Virus record (IMG/VR): IMGVR_UViG_3300042691_015010
Span: 6,002 to 70,001 of that record
Direction: 5' to 3' (one strand)
DNA from: a virus
Length of the DNA stretch: 64,000 nt
Shown: piece after piece, positions 17,830-26,001 of the stretch
How positions within the stretch are numbered: the stretch's first letter is position 1
Layout of the letters: each line of letters starts with the position of its first letter
The notes under the pieces: generated by a model
What the model was told of the DNA's origin: nothing
Databases searched by the model: none
The model's input: only the letters and a program-made list of their open reading frames with translations
Position numbers and translations under genes: made by a program

Positions 17830-18131
17830 TGTTGTAACTCCTTCAAAGTGAAGGCATTCTGGACGGCGGTTCAATTCCGCCCAGCTCCACCAGAAACACA
17901 TAGTTGTCCTAGATGAAAGAAACCTCTGAGGGCTCTAGCGGGGATTGTGTGTTTCTGATGGGGCTGACCTGGTTTCGACAGGGTGAGATAGTGGAGAAGG
18001 CAACACAGTAGGCGATGACTGTAAATCAAGCAAATCTATAAATGCAAATGACGCATTTTACGGTGAGGATCGCCTAGCGGCGTAACTTACATGGGGTCTG
18101 AGGGAGTGTACCTTATTACCAAAACACTCCC
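17830..18131 (+). ncRNA. ssrA: circularly permuted (two-piece) tmRNA; outer boundaries approximate
   Basis: T-arm + CAGCTCC-A-CCA ends at 17892 and precedes the 5' strand GGGGCTGA..GGTTTCGAC starting at 17960; G3.U70 alanine determinant; tag frame 18044-18085 ANDAFYGEDRLAA*. Confidence 0.93.
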
Positions 18132-18148
18132 ACCAATTTTATTATATT

Positions 18149-18811
18149 ATGCGTGTACATATTTCTAATTATCGTGATCACTGGATTTCTCCATACACAA
18201 TATTGGAGAAAATATTTTTCTGGCGTGAGATTGATTATGATGAACCATTGATTGAAAAATGGTCAGATCGTCTTGTACCTATCAGCCAAGCAATTCAAAA
18301 GTTTCTTGACTTTGTTCGTCCACGTGTAATTGATGTGAAGATTGACTATTGGGATACATGGTCAATGGATCATACATTGGCACCTATTATTCTTCCGATG
18401 CTCAAACAACTCCGTGATACCAAACATGGTTCACCTATGATTGATATGGAAGATGTGCCCGAATACATGAGAACAACAAGCACTGAAGATTATGATTCAC
18501 AAAAAACATTTGATTTTTATGAAGAGAATGTTCCAGATGGATACGATTTACACAAACGTTGGGAATGGGTACTGAACGAAATGATTTTTGCCTTTGAACA
18601 TTTAGTAGATGAATCATGGGAAGAAAAATATTACTCTGGTGTAATTGATACGAAGTTCGTTACCGACCCAAATAATCCAAAAATATCAACAATGGAAGAT
18701 GGTCCTAATCACACATACAAATGTGATTATGAAGGTATGTTCAAAGTATACGAACGTATGGACAACGGATTCCGTCTATTCGGCAAATATTTCCGTAACC
18801 TCTGGGACTAA
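18149..18811 (+). CDS. conserved hypothetical protein
   Basis: VKIDYWDTWSMDHTLAPIILPMLKQL...GFRLFGKYFRNLWD. Confidence 0.8.
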   Translation: MRVHISNYRDHWISPYTILEKIFFWREIDYDEPLIEKWSDRLVPISQAIQKFLDFVRPRVIDVKIDYWDTWSMDHTLAPIILPMLKQLRDTKHGSPMIDMEDVPEYMRTTSTEDYDSQKTFDFYEENVPDGYDLHKRWEWVLNEMIFAFEHLVDESWEEKYYSGVIDTKFVTDPNNPKISTMEDGPNHTYKCDYEGMFKVYERMDNGFRLFGKYFRNLWD

Positions 18812-18817
18812 AAGATA

Positions 18818-18878
18818 CTAAATAAGTATACTGGCACTACACACACAATCGCCAGTAAACACACACAGGAGTAAACAC
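18818..18878 (+). promoter_or_regulatory. late-type promoter plus structured, CA-repeat-rich leader
   Basis: CTAAATA, then hairpin TACTGGC/GCCAGTA with ACACACAC loop and further ACAC runs around AGGAG. Confidence 0.55.
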
Positions 18879-19151
18879 ATGAGTAATCTAACACCGTTTG
18901 AGATTCGTCTTGAACTTCTTAAAATGGCCAAAGAACTTCTATTGGAAGATTATAATTCCAGTAAAGAACGGCTAGTCAATGAATGGCAAGTGAAGGTAGA
19001 GTCCGCTAAACTAAACGGACAAGCAATACCAGATCATCCTGCCTTTCCAACTTATCCCTCAGAAACAGATATCATCACTAAGGCAGCAGCCTTGAATGGT
19101 TTCGTTTCAAATATTTCAGCAGAAAAAACACAGAGCAAAAAATCTGCCTGA
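18879..19151 (+). CDS. conserved hypothetical protein
   Basis: AGGAG RBS; TPFEIRLELLKMAKE...YPSETDIITKAAALNGFVS. Confidence 0.8.
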   Translation: MSNLTPFEIRLELLKMAKELLLEDYNSSKERLVNEWQVKVESAKLNGQAIPDHPAFPTYPSETDIITKAAALNGFVSNISAEKTQSKKSA

Positions 19152-19199
19152 CGGGAACGGAGGTGCGTTGATGCACCTCTCTAACTTATAGGAGAAATT

Positions 19200-19751
19200 A
19201 TGCGTTACATAACACTATTACTTTGTAGTATCTTTGCAGTATTTGTATTATACGTAGGACATGCAGCAGCAAATATTCGTGTGCCAGTTACACCGCATGT
19301 ACAACTGGAAGATTTATCGCCTCATGCACGTGCAGAGGTAGAATGCCTTGCACAGAACATGTATTTTGAAGCAGGTAAAGAACCAAAACTTGGACAACTT
19401 GCCGTAGCATTTGTCACACACAATAGAATGCAATCAGGTATGTTTCCTGATTCTTATTGTGGCGTAGTAAAACAAAAAGCGGAAGGTGTATGTCAGTTTT
19501 CATGGTACTGCGACAAGAGAGCAAAAGGTATGATTGATCGCAACATCTTGACAACAGAGAGCAATCCAGTGTATAATAATCTTACTGACTTGGCATTGCG
19601 CTTTTACCTATACACTGAAACATTCAAAGATCCAACAAAGGGTGCATTGTTCTTTCATGCTGACTATGTGAAGCCAACATGGAGTAACATAAAACACACG
19701 GTACAAATAGGTAGGCACATTTTTTATAACAAGGTAAAAAGAAGCACATGA
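19200..19751 (+). CDS. SleB-like cell wall hydrolase (Hydrolase_2) with N-terminal signal/TM
   Basis: CLAQNMYFEA, AVAFVTHNR, CQFSWYCD, GALFFHADYVKPTW, IGRHIFY. Confidence 0.92.
   Translation: MRYITLLLCSIFAVFVLYVGHAAANIRVPVTPHVQLEDLSPHARAEVECLAQNMYFEAGKEPKLGQLAVAFVTHNRMQSGMFPDSYCGVVKQKAEGVCQFSWYCDKRAKGMIDRNILTTESNPVYNNLTDLALRFYLYTETFKDPTKGALFFHADYVKPTWSNIKHTVQIGRHIFYNKVKRST
19548..19577 (+). promoter_or_regulatory. possible internal sigma70 promoter
   Basis: TTGACA-N18-TATAAT inside the hydrolase gene. Confidence 0.5.
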
Positions 19752-19780
19752 GTATACTAAACAAAAAGGAGAAGGTGAAT

Positions 19781-19999
19781 ATGGAAAAGGGATTGAGTAG
19801 TGTAACCACGATAGCAATTACTGTGGTTTTACTTTCAATCGTTACTGCGGTATGTTTGTATGGTCTGAACGACAGAAAACTTATGGCAGCAAATATTGAA
19901 AACGCTATCGCAAAGGGCATTGATCCGCTGACAGTTAGGTGTTCATATGCCAAGAGTGATGATATTGTTTGTATAGCACACGCTGCAAATCGTAAATAA
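19781..19999 (+). CDS. small single-TM protein
   Basis: AAGGTG RBS before ATG 19781; N-terminal TM, periplasmic Cys pair. Confidence 0.7.
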   Translation: MEKGLSSVTTIAITVVLLSIVTAVCLYGLNDRKLMAANIENAIAKGIDPLTVRCSYAKSDDIVCIAHAANRK

Positions 20000-20013
20000 T
20001 AGGAGATTATATA

Positions 20014-20565
20014 ATGAGTTATGATGATTACAATGAGAACCACAATTTTACTTTTCGTTTTGATTCAAATGATGGTGAACGACATTTAGAAATGAACTGT
20101 AATGAATTATATCTTGGAGACATCTTTGCACGATTCAAAGAGTTTCTACAAGGATGTGGATATGAAATTCATGGTGATATTGAAGTTGTAGAATACAATT
20201 CACAAGAAAATAAATTGATGCGGAATGTTCCAATTGAACCGCCATATAACTATAACGAATATGATGGTTATCGTTTGACTGAACCACCTGAGCATGAGCC
20301 AACATATCAAGCCAAGTTTGATTTCAGTAACATACCAAATAATAACTGGTTGTTTGGCACTGAACAAATCCGTGCTTTGACTACTGCTGACTTTGCATCA
20401 TTGACTGTAACTGATTTGTCTACGATGACTTCAAAATCATATAGTGACTGGACAAACATCAATCAGTATCCTACGATGGCACCTTTGACAACTGAACAGA
20501 TTGAATCGTTCTCTTTCAAAACTGAAATGCCAGGTACACTTGGTAGTGCAAAAGTAAAGTTCTAA
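20014..20565 (+). CDS. acidic hypothetical protein
   Basis: AGGAG RBS; FKEFLQGCGY motif. Confidence 0.75.
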   Translation: MSYDDYNENHNFTFRFDSNDGERHLEMNCNELYLGDIFARFKEFLQGCGYEIHGDIEVVEYNSQENKLMRNVPIEPPYNYNEYDGYRLTEPPEHEPTYQAKFDFSNIPNNNWLFGTEQIRALTTADFASLTVTDLSTMTSKSYSDWTNINQYPTMAPLTTEQIESFSFKTEMPGTLGSAKVKF

Positions 20566-20789
20566 TGCCTACTAAAGATGAAATGATGAAGTTCTCTTTG
20601 CAAATTGAGAAGATGGTAGCCAGTACAGATTACACATATCTTGAGGCTATTGCTGAACATTGCAAAGAGACTGGTTTGGAACTTGAGGTTGCTGCTACGC
20701 TCATCACACCAAATCTAAAATCAAAAATCCACGAACAAGCAGAACGATTGAATATGTTGAAAGTGAAAGGTAATCGTTTACCGATATGA
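20565..20789 (+). CDS. gp33: late transcription coactivator
   Basis: FSLQIE...YLEAIAEHC...LITPNLKSKIHEQAERLNML; synteny 33-59-32. Confidence 0.88.
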   Translation: MPTKDEMMKFSLQIEKMVASTDYTYLEAIAEHCKETGLELEVAATLITPNLKSKIHEQAERLNMLKVKGNRLPI

Positions 20790-21394
20790 CAGGTTATGAA
20801 GCATTTTGTTTATACTCTTCTCTCAAACTTCACTTCAATTCCGATTCTTACGATTACTTTAGATATCATGGTAAAGTAAGCACCAGTATTGATGCGTTTG
20901 AAAATAGAAAAGACAAGTACCATTTCTATAAATTGAGTCGTAGATTTTCTAATGATGAACAAGGTCGTGACTTTATTGTTGCGAACCTTGTCCATGATTC
21001 CAATGTTTGGATTGGACATCTACTAACAAATGAAGCAGATATTGAATATCGCAAACGCCAGAAAGTTATTCAGTCGTTGACTTACATCTTTACCAATGAA
21101 ATTGAATCGTTGATGAGTCATAACAATCCAAATGACTTGTTGATGATACAAGATGATTATCCAAAGTTGTTGATGATGCTTCTACATGATGAGATATCAT
21201 TGGAGACTGTCTGCATATTGAATCAGTTGATGAACTTTGTGCCTATGTGGGACAAGAAAATTGCTGACACTATACACTATCCAAACATCAGTCGCAAGAT
21301 AAAGAAATATACACCATTTATAAAGTTTGAACCTACAAAATATAAACTTATACTAAAGAAAGAATACGATGCGAATACAGAAAATATATCTTGA
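20786..21394 (+). CDS. gp59: helicase loader
   Basis: YSSLKLHF...YDYFRYHGK...RKDKYHFYKLSR...ISLET...KYTPF. Confidence 0.9.
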   Translation: MTGYEAFCLYSSLKLHFNSDSYDYFRYHGKVSTSIDAFENRKDKYHFYKLSRRFSNDEQGRDFIVANLVHDSNVWIGHLLTNEADIEYRKRQKVIQSLTYIFTNEIESLMSHNNPNDLLMIQDDYPKLLMMLLHDEISLETVCILNQLMNFVPMWDKKIADTIHYPNISRKIKKYTPFIKFEPTKYKLILKKEYDANTENIS

Positions 21395-21911
21395 TCTTGA
21401 TGGTGTTCTGTGTGATTTCTATAAACGATATAAAGAAGTATTCAATATAGATTTACTTGCAAAACGACCACACGGTGAAAAGATTACACTTGAATGGAAT
21501 AAGTTTGTTGAAGGTAAAAACTTTGAATCACTTGATTGGCATCCAGGTGGTCTAGAATTATTGAAGTATATCATTTCATTGGATATACCTGTAGAGATTC
21601 TTTCTTCTTCTGGTGGACATAGACACCATGATGAAGTAAAACGGCAGAAAAAGGTTTGGCTAAAAAGACATCACATTGACTTCACAGCCAATATCGTACC
21701 TGGTCGGAAACTGAAAGCAAACTATGCCAAGCCAGACATTATACTAATTGATGATACCGAAGATGTCATTGATGATTTCAACATGGCTGGTGGTATTGGC
21801 ATACTTCACACAGATTCGGCTAAAACGATAAAAATCGTGCAGTCCATACTTGACGACACATATATACATGTATATAATGAATCATGTGGACAAGATGCAC
21901 ATACAATCTAA
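21369..21911 (+). CDS. HAD-family 5'(3')-deoxyribonucleotidase-like protein
   Basis: IYLDLDGVLCDF, ILSS, KKVWL, ILIDD. Confidence 0.85.
   Translation: MRIQKIYLDLDGVLCDFYKRYKEVFNIDLLAKRPHGEKITLEWNKFVEGKNFESLDWHPGGLELLKYIISLDIPVEILSSSGGHRHHDEVKRQKKVWLKRHHIDFTANIVPGRKLKANYAKPDIILIDDTEDVIDDFNMAGGIGILHTDSAKTIKIVQSILDDTYIHVYNESCGQDAHTI
21850..21878 (+). promoter_or_regulatory. sigma70-type promoter for gp32
   Basis: TTGACG-N17-TATAAT about 60 nt upstream of gp32. Confidence 0.75.
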
Positions 21912-21935
21912 TAAACTTTTTATACGAGGTAATAC

Positions 21936-22805
21936 ATGTCCGACTTTTCAAGTCTCAAGCGTAATCGCAACTCTTTTGATAAGCTAACAAAAGCGATTGA
22001 ATCAATCAATACCAATACAGAAGGTGGCGGCTCTAAAGGTGATGATCGTTTCTGGTCACCTGAAGTAGACAAAGCTGGCAACGGTATGGCAGTAATTCGT
22101 TTTCTTCCAGGTCCTGCTGCTGATGGTGATGATGCACTTCCTTGGGTTCGTGTCTTTGACCACGGCTTTCAAGGTCCAGGTGGTTGGTATATTGAAAACT
22201 CTTTGACTACCATCAATCAAAAAGATCCAGTATCAGAACACAATTCAATTTTGTGGAACTCTGGTATTGAAGCAAACAAAGAAATTGCACGTAAACAGAA
22301 ACGCCGTCTCCATTACATTGCTAATGTTCTAATTGTTTCTGACCCTAAACATCCAGAGAACGAAGGTCAAGTTCGTCTGTACAAGTTTGGTAAGAAAATC
22401 TTTGATAAGATTACTGAAGCAATGAATCCACAATTTGAAGATGAAAAGGCAATCAATCCTTTTGACTTCTGGGAAGGTGCTAACTTCAAAATCAAGATTC
22501 GTCAAGTTGAAGGCTATCGTAACTATGACAAGTCTGAGTTTGAATCTGCTACTGCACTGTTTGATGGTGATGATGCTAAACTTGAAGCATTATGGAAAAA
22601 AGAATATTCACTAAAAGATTTTCTTGATCCAAAACACTTCAAGCCATATGATGTATTGAAAGCAAAACTTGACAAGGTGCTTGGTCTAGATGGTGCTGCT
22701 CCTGTTGCTAAAACAAAAGCAATTGATGATGGCTTTGTACCAAAGACTTCACCTGATTTAGATGATGATGAACTAGACTACTTCAAGTCTTTAGCAGAGG
22801 ACTGA
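21936..22805 (+). CDS. gp32: single-stranded DNA-binding protein
   Basis: DKAGNGMAVIRFLP, HGFQGPGGWYIENSLTT, YKFGKKIFDKI, YRNYDKSEF, acidic C-tail. Confidence 0.96.
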   Translation: MSDFSSLKRNRNSFDKLTKAIESINTNTEGGGSKGDDRFWSPEVDKAGNGMAVIRFLPGPAADGDDALPWVRVFDHGFQGPGGWYIENSLTTINQKDPVSEHNSILWNSGIEANKEIARKQKRRLHYIANVLIVSDPKHPENEGQVRLYKFGKKIFDKITEAMNPQFEDEKAINPFDFWEGANFKIKIRQVEGYRNYDKSEFESATALFDGDDAKLEALWKKEYSLKDFLDPKHFKPYDVLKAKLDKVLGLDGAAPVAKTKAIDDGFVPKTSPDLDDDELDYFKSLAED

Positions 22806-22830
22806 CCTCCTTTATCTGGGTCCTTTGCGG

Positions 22831-22853
22831 CGGCACCTTCGGGTGCCGTTTTT
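22831..22853 (+). terminator. rho-independent terminator with cUUCGg tetraloop
   Basis: CGGCACC-TTCG-GGTGCCG-TTTTT. Confidence 0.9.
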
Positions 22854-25056
22854 ATTTTCCTACTATTAGTTTTTCTGTCATCATTACAGTAACATCAGGA
22901 TTATATGCGCTGCCTGTTACTGCTGAAGAAAGTCCTGGTGGCATGTTATTGTTTACTGTCTGTGAACTATCAACAAATGTAGGATTACTCATGAACTCTC
23001 TAGTAATATCTCTAAGCATATCAGCTAAAGTTGTAGAACCTTTCATTAGCTGGCCACCCATCATTTTATCTAATGCTGTAATTTGATCTGCCGCTAAAGA
23101 TGCAACTGAATCTGATGCAGATGGTTTTGGTGCTTGATTTGATGCTGTTCTAGAAGGAGTTGGTGGTGCTGATGCTGTCTGTGTATCACCGCCTATGTTT
23201 CCACCTCTAAGTGCTGTTTGCATTTGATTTGTTGTGATCAAAGATTTATTTCCTGCTTTATCGCCAGCATAATATGATGATCCTGTATATGGATTTTCAA
23301 TTGACGCAAATTCTTTTGATAACTCAAATTGTTGTCTTACTGGATCCGATCCCGCATCTTTCATTCTCTTATTGATCAGTTCCATTGCCAATTTATCCTG
23401 AACGACAGGACTGAATTGATCTTCGGGTTTTACAACTTTTCTTGCAACCAATCCTGCAAGTGTTGTTGGAATAATTTGATATCTACCAGCAGCAAAAATT
23501 TCTTTTCTTGACTGCATTTGCATGACTTGTCCTACAGTCAATTTTGAAAGACCTGGATAACCTCCTGGCATATCACCAGCTTTGCCTTTATTGGCAGCAT
23601 CATAACCCATCTTACCGCCTTCTTTTGCACCAATCATATCAAGTAGATTTGCTCCAGATAATGGTCCAGCTGGAGAAGGAGCCGATGATGCTCCTGTAGT
23701 TGCTGCCATTTTTTGATTCACTCGTTCACCATATTGAGTTGCCAAATTCTCTGTGCTGAACTCATTTAGTGCAGTTTGAAAATTACTCGTTCTAGATTTT
23801 TTCTCTTCTATTTTTTTATCTAATGCTCCTATTGATTCATTTAGTTTTTTCTCATATTCTTTATCGGAAACACTTTCATAACCCTCAAAATCAGTTTGTA
23901 CATTTCTTGTTTTATTTTTTCTAAATTCTTCCAAATCTTTAAGTTTGGCTTGTTTTTGTTTTTCCAAAGTATCTAAATCATATTCACCTGTTGCCGCACC
24001 TACTGCACCAGCAATTGCTGTAATGGCTGCACCAGGTAAAGTTAGTAATGTTCTAGGACCCATTATACCGATTGCCATCAAGGCATATATTTTACCTTTG
24101 TTTTCTTCAAAGAAGTTTTTGAAATATCCGCCAAAATCTTTCAACACAGCAGCACCAAATTTCATTAGTGTTTCTGCTGCAACTTCTAATGCTGATGTTA
24201 TTCTAATTGTGACTTCTTTGAATTGTTCTTTTACATCATTGATAAATTTACTCAGTTTATTTCCTGAAACATCATCAACGTCTTTGAATATTCCAGAAAG
24301 AGCGCCTTGAATTGATTCTAATGTTCCATTTATACCTTTTCCTAATGCAGAGAAATCTGCATTTTTGAATATTTGATAGAGAACGAATCCACTGGCCGCT
24401 GCAAGAATTACACCAAATATTCCCATGCCACCTAATGCACTGCTTAGTATACCAAATATTCCTGATGCTGCACCGCCAAGTAAACTTCCAATTCCACCAA
24501 GAATAGAACCGATTACACTACCAACACCACCAACTACACTACCAAGAACACTTCCAATACCACCAAATGCACCACCTAACATTCCCATAATATTGAATCC
24601 ACCACCACCAGCAGACTTGCCTAAGCCAGGCAAACCTTTTTTAGCACCGCCATATTTTGATTCATATGCTGTTTCTCTTTCTCTTGCTTTGTCAAAATAT
24701 TTTGCCGGTGTTCCGCCCCAAATGCGAACCATCTGTGACATATTTCTTGCGATAGATGGTAATGCCATAGAGTTTCTTGCACTGATTCTTGCATCACGGG
24801 CTATGGAACTCAATGCAGTTGGTGAACCGCCCACTTGTTGTGAGACTAAAGATGATGGTGATTTACCTGATACAGGTGATGCTTGATATCCTTTCAGACC
24901 AGGAAACAAAGAAGTCATTAGTCCACCTTTGCTAAACAAAGCATTTCGTGGATCATACTTCTGCATGTTCATTTGATTGTACGCACCAGATAAAGATGTA
25001 ACTACACTTTTACCTGATTGTCTTTGTGCTCTAACTAAATCTGAAAATGATGCCAT
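22852..25056 (-). CDS. tape-measure/baseplate hub-like protein (gp29 position) with lysozyme-fold muramidase domain
   Basis: Follows gp26/gp51; amphipathic Gly-rich repeats (GSVLGSVVGGVGSVIGSILGGIG); domain LLDMIGAKEGG...AAGRYQIIPTTL...FSPVVQDKLA. Confidence 0.7.
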   Translation of the reverse strand: MASFSDLVRAQRQSGKSVVTSLSGAYNQMNMQKYDPRNALFSKGGLMTSLFPGLKGYQASPVSGKSPSSLVSQQVGGSPTALSSIARDARISARNSMALPSIARNMSQMVRIWGGTPAKYFDKARERETAYESKYGGAKKGLPGLGKSAGGGGFNIMGMLGGAFGGIGSVLGSVVGGVGSVIGSILGGIGSLLGGAASGIFGILSSALGGMGIFGVILAAASGFVLYQIFKNADFSALGKGINGTLESIQGALSGIFKDVDDVSGNKLSKFINDVKEQFKEVTIRITSALEVAAETLMKFGAAVLKDFGGYFKNFFEENKGKIYALMAIGIMGPRTLLTLPGAAITAIAGAVGAATGEYDLDTLEKQKQAKLKDLEEFRKNKTRNVQTDFEGYESVSDKEYEKKLNESIGALDKKIEEKKSRTSNFQTALNEFSTENLATQYGERVNQKMAATTGASSAPSPAGPLSGANLLDMIGAKEGGKMGYDAANKGKAGDMPGGYPGLSKLTVGQVMQMQSRKEIFAAGRYQIIPTTLAGLVARKVVKPEDQFSPVVQDKLAMELINKRMKDAGSDPVRQQFELSKEFASIENPYTGSSYYAGDKAGNKSLITTNQMQTALRGGNIGGDTQTASAPPTPSRTASNQAPKPSASDSVASLAADQITALDKMMGGQLMKGSTTLADMLRDITREFMSNPTFVDSSQTVNNNMPPGLSSAVTGSAYNPDVTVMMTEKLIVGK

Positions 25057-25058
25057 TT

Positions 25059-25199
25059 TTATCTCTTATTGGAAATCTTTTCTTGTTGTAATTTTTCGTT
25101 TTCTTCTTTGATGAAGTTGACTAACATAGTCACATAAACACCTTTTTCCCATGGCAACATATTTTCAATATCATGTAGATTATATTTGTGATGCTGCAT
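25059..25199 (-). CDS. gp51: baseplate hub assembly protein (not in track; frame open upstream to the gp26 3' end)
   Basis: MQHHKYNLHDIENMLPWEKGVYVTMLVNFIKEENEKLQQEKISNKR; upstream in-frame YDNLKNYFETNFAL. Confidence 0.85.
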   Translation of the reverse strand: MQHHKYNLHDIENMLPWEKGVYVTMLVNFIKEENEKLQQEKISNKR

Positions 25200-25249
25200 C
25201 AATGCAAAATTGGTTTCAAAATAATTTTTCAAATTATCATAACAAACGG

Positions 25250-25984
25250 TTATACGAAAAAACTTTGTAAACCTTCTATACTAATTCTTTCTTCGTATCC
25301 ACATTTAGAGCAATGAAAGTCTACATCTTTTTTGATCTTAGGCATTGTCTCAAAGAACTCTTGAATCTTACCAAACTGGTCTCTGGTCAAGTTTTCAATA
25401 AACTCCATTAGTTCTTTCTTTGGCACGTCTTTAGAATAGAAAATAGTTTCTTCGGTATATACGCCATCAATACATGCCACAAGAATGTTCATGAGTTTGT
25501 CTACCTCTGAACCATCTTGTTTCTGTGCTTCTTCTACCATTTTGAATGATGGATACTTGATCAAGATACCCATCTTGTCACTTAGTTCAATCTTGTCTAT
25601 TTTCTTTTCATGAACTTCTGGATGAATCTCTAGTAAGTTCATCTCAAGTTTGACGATGTTTCCACATTCTTTCTCTTCACCGTCTTTTGTAACTTTATTA
25701 TTGCAACGATAAGGTAATTCTACAACTTCATTGACTGAACGGGCACGAAGATTTAGAAACAGAAATTCAATATCTGTAATTGGTAAATCTTCTATATCTA
25801 AATCATCTAAACAACAGTTTGTTAGTATTTGTTTGACTGCTAATAGAACCGAATCTGCTTCTTCTGATTCCATTGCCATCAAAAGAATCTTTTCTTCTTT
25901 GACCAAGAATGGTCTAAATCTAATTGTTTTATTTGTCAACGGTAAAGTCAATTCATAAATTGGTACATCTATTTTAGGTAACAT
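25250..25984 (-). CDS. gp26: baseplate hub subunit / assembly chaperone
   Basis: MLPKIDVPIYELTLP, FRPFLVKEEKILLMA, LRARSVNE, FFETMPK, CSKCG, IEGLQSFF. Confidence 0.92.
   Translation of the reverse strand: MLPKIDVPIYELTLPLTNKTIRFRPFLVKEEKILLMAMESEEADSVLLAVKQILTNCCLDDLDIEDLPITDIEFLFLNLRARSVNEVVELPYRCNNKVTKDGEEKECGNIVKLEMNLLEIHPEVHEKKIDKIELSDKMGILIKYPSFKMVEEAQKQDGSEVDKLMNILVACIDGVYTEETIFYSKDVPKKELMEFIENLTRDQFGKIQEFFETMPKIKKDVDFHCSKCGYEERISIEGLQSFFV
25256..25262 (-). promoter_or_regulatory. candidate -1 ribosomal frameshift heptamer T-TTT-TTC
   Basis: Minus strand AGT TTT TTC GTA TAA; the -1 frame is stop-free into gp51. Confidence 0.65.
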
Positions 25985-26001
25985 AATGTCCTCACGTTAA
26001 A

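Noticed and set aside
17860-17892. Ordinary tRNA-Ala or a tRNA pseudogene
   Set aside because: There is no anticodon arm upstream; the matching acceptor strand and a tag ORF lie downstream, which fits a permuted tmRNA.
17893-17965. Hammerhead ribozyme in the tmRNA intervening segment (CTGATG and GAAA present)
   Set aside because: The core CUGAUGA is not intact (CTGATGG) and the required three stems could not be built.
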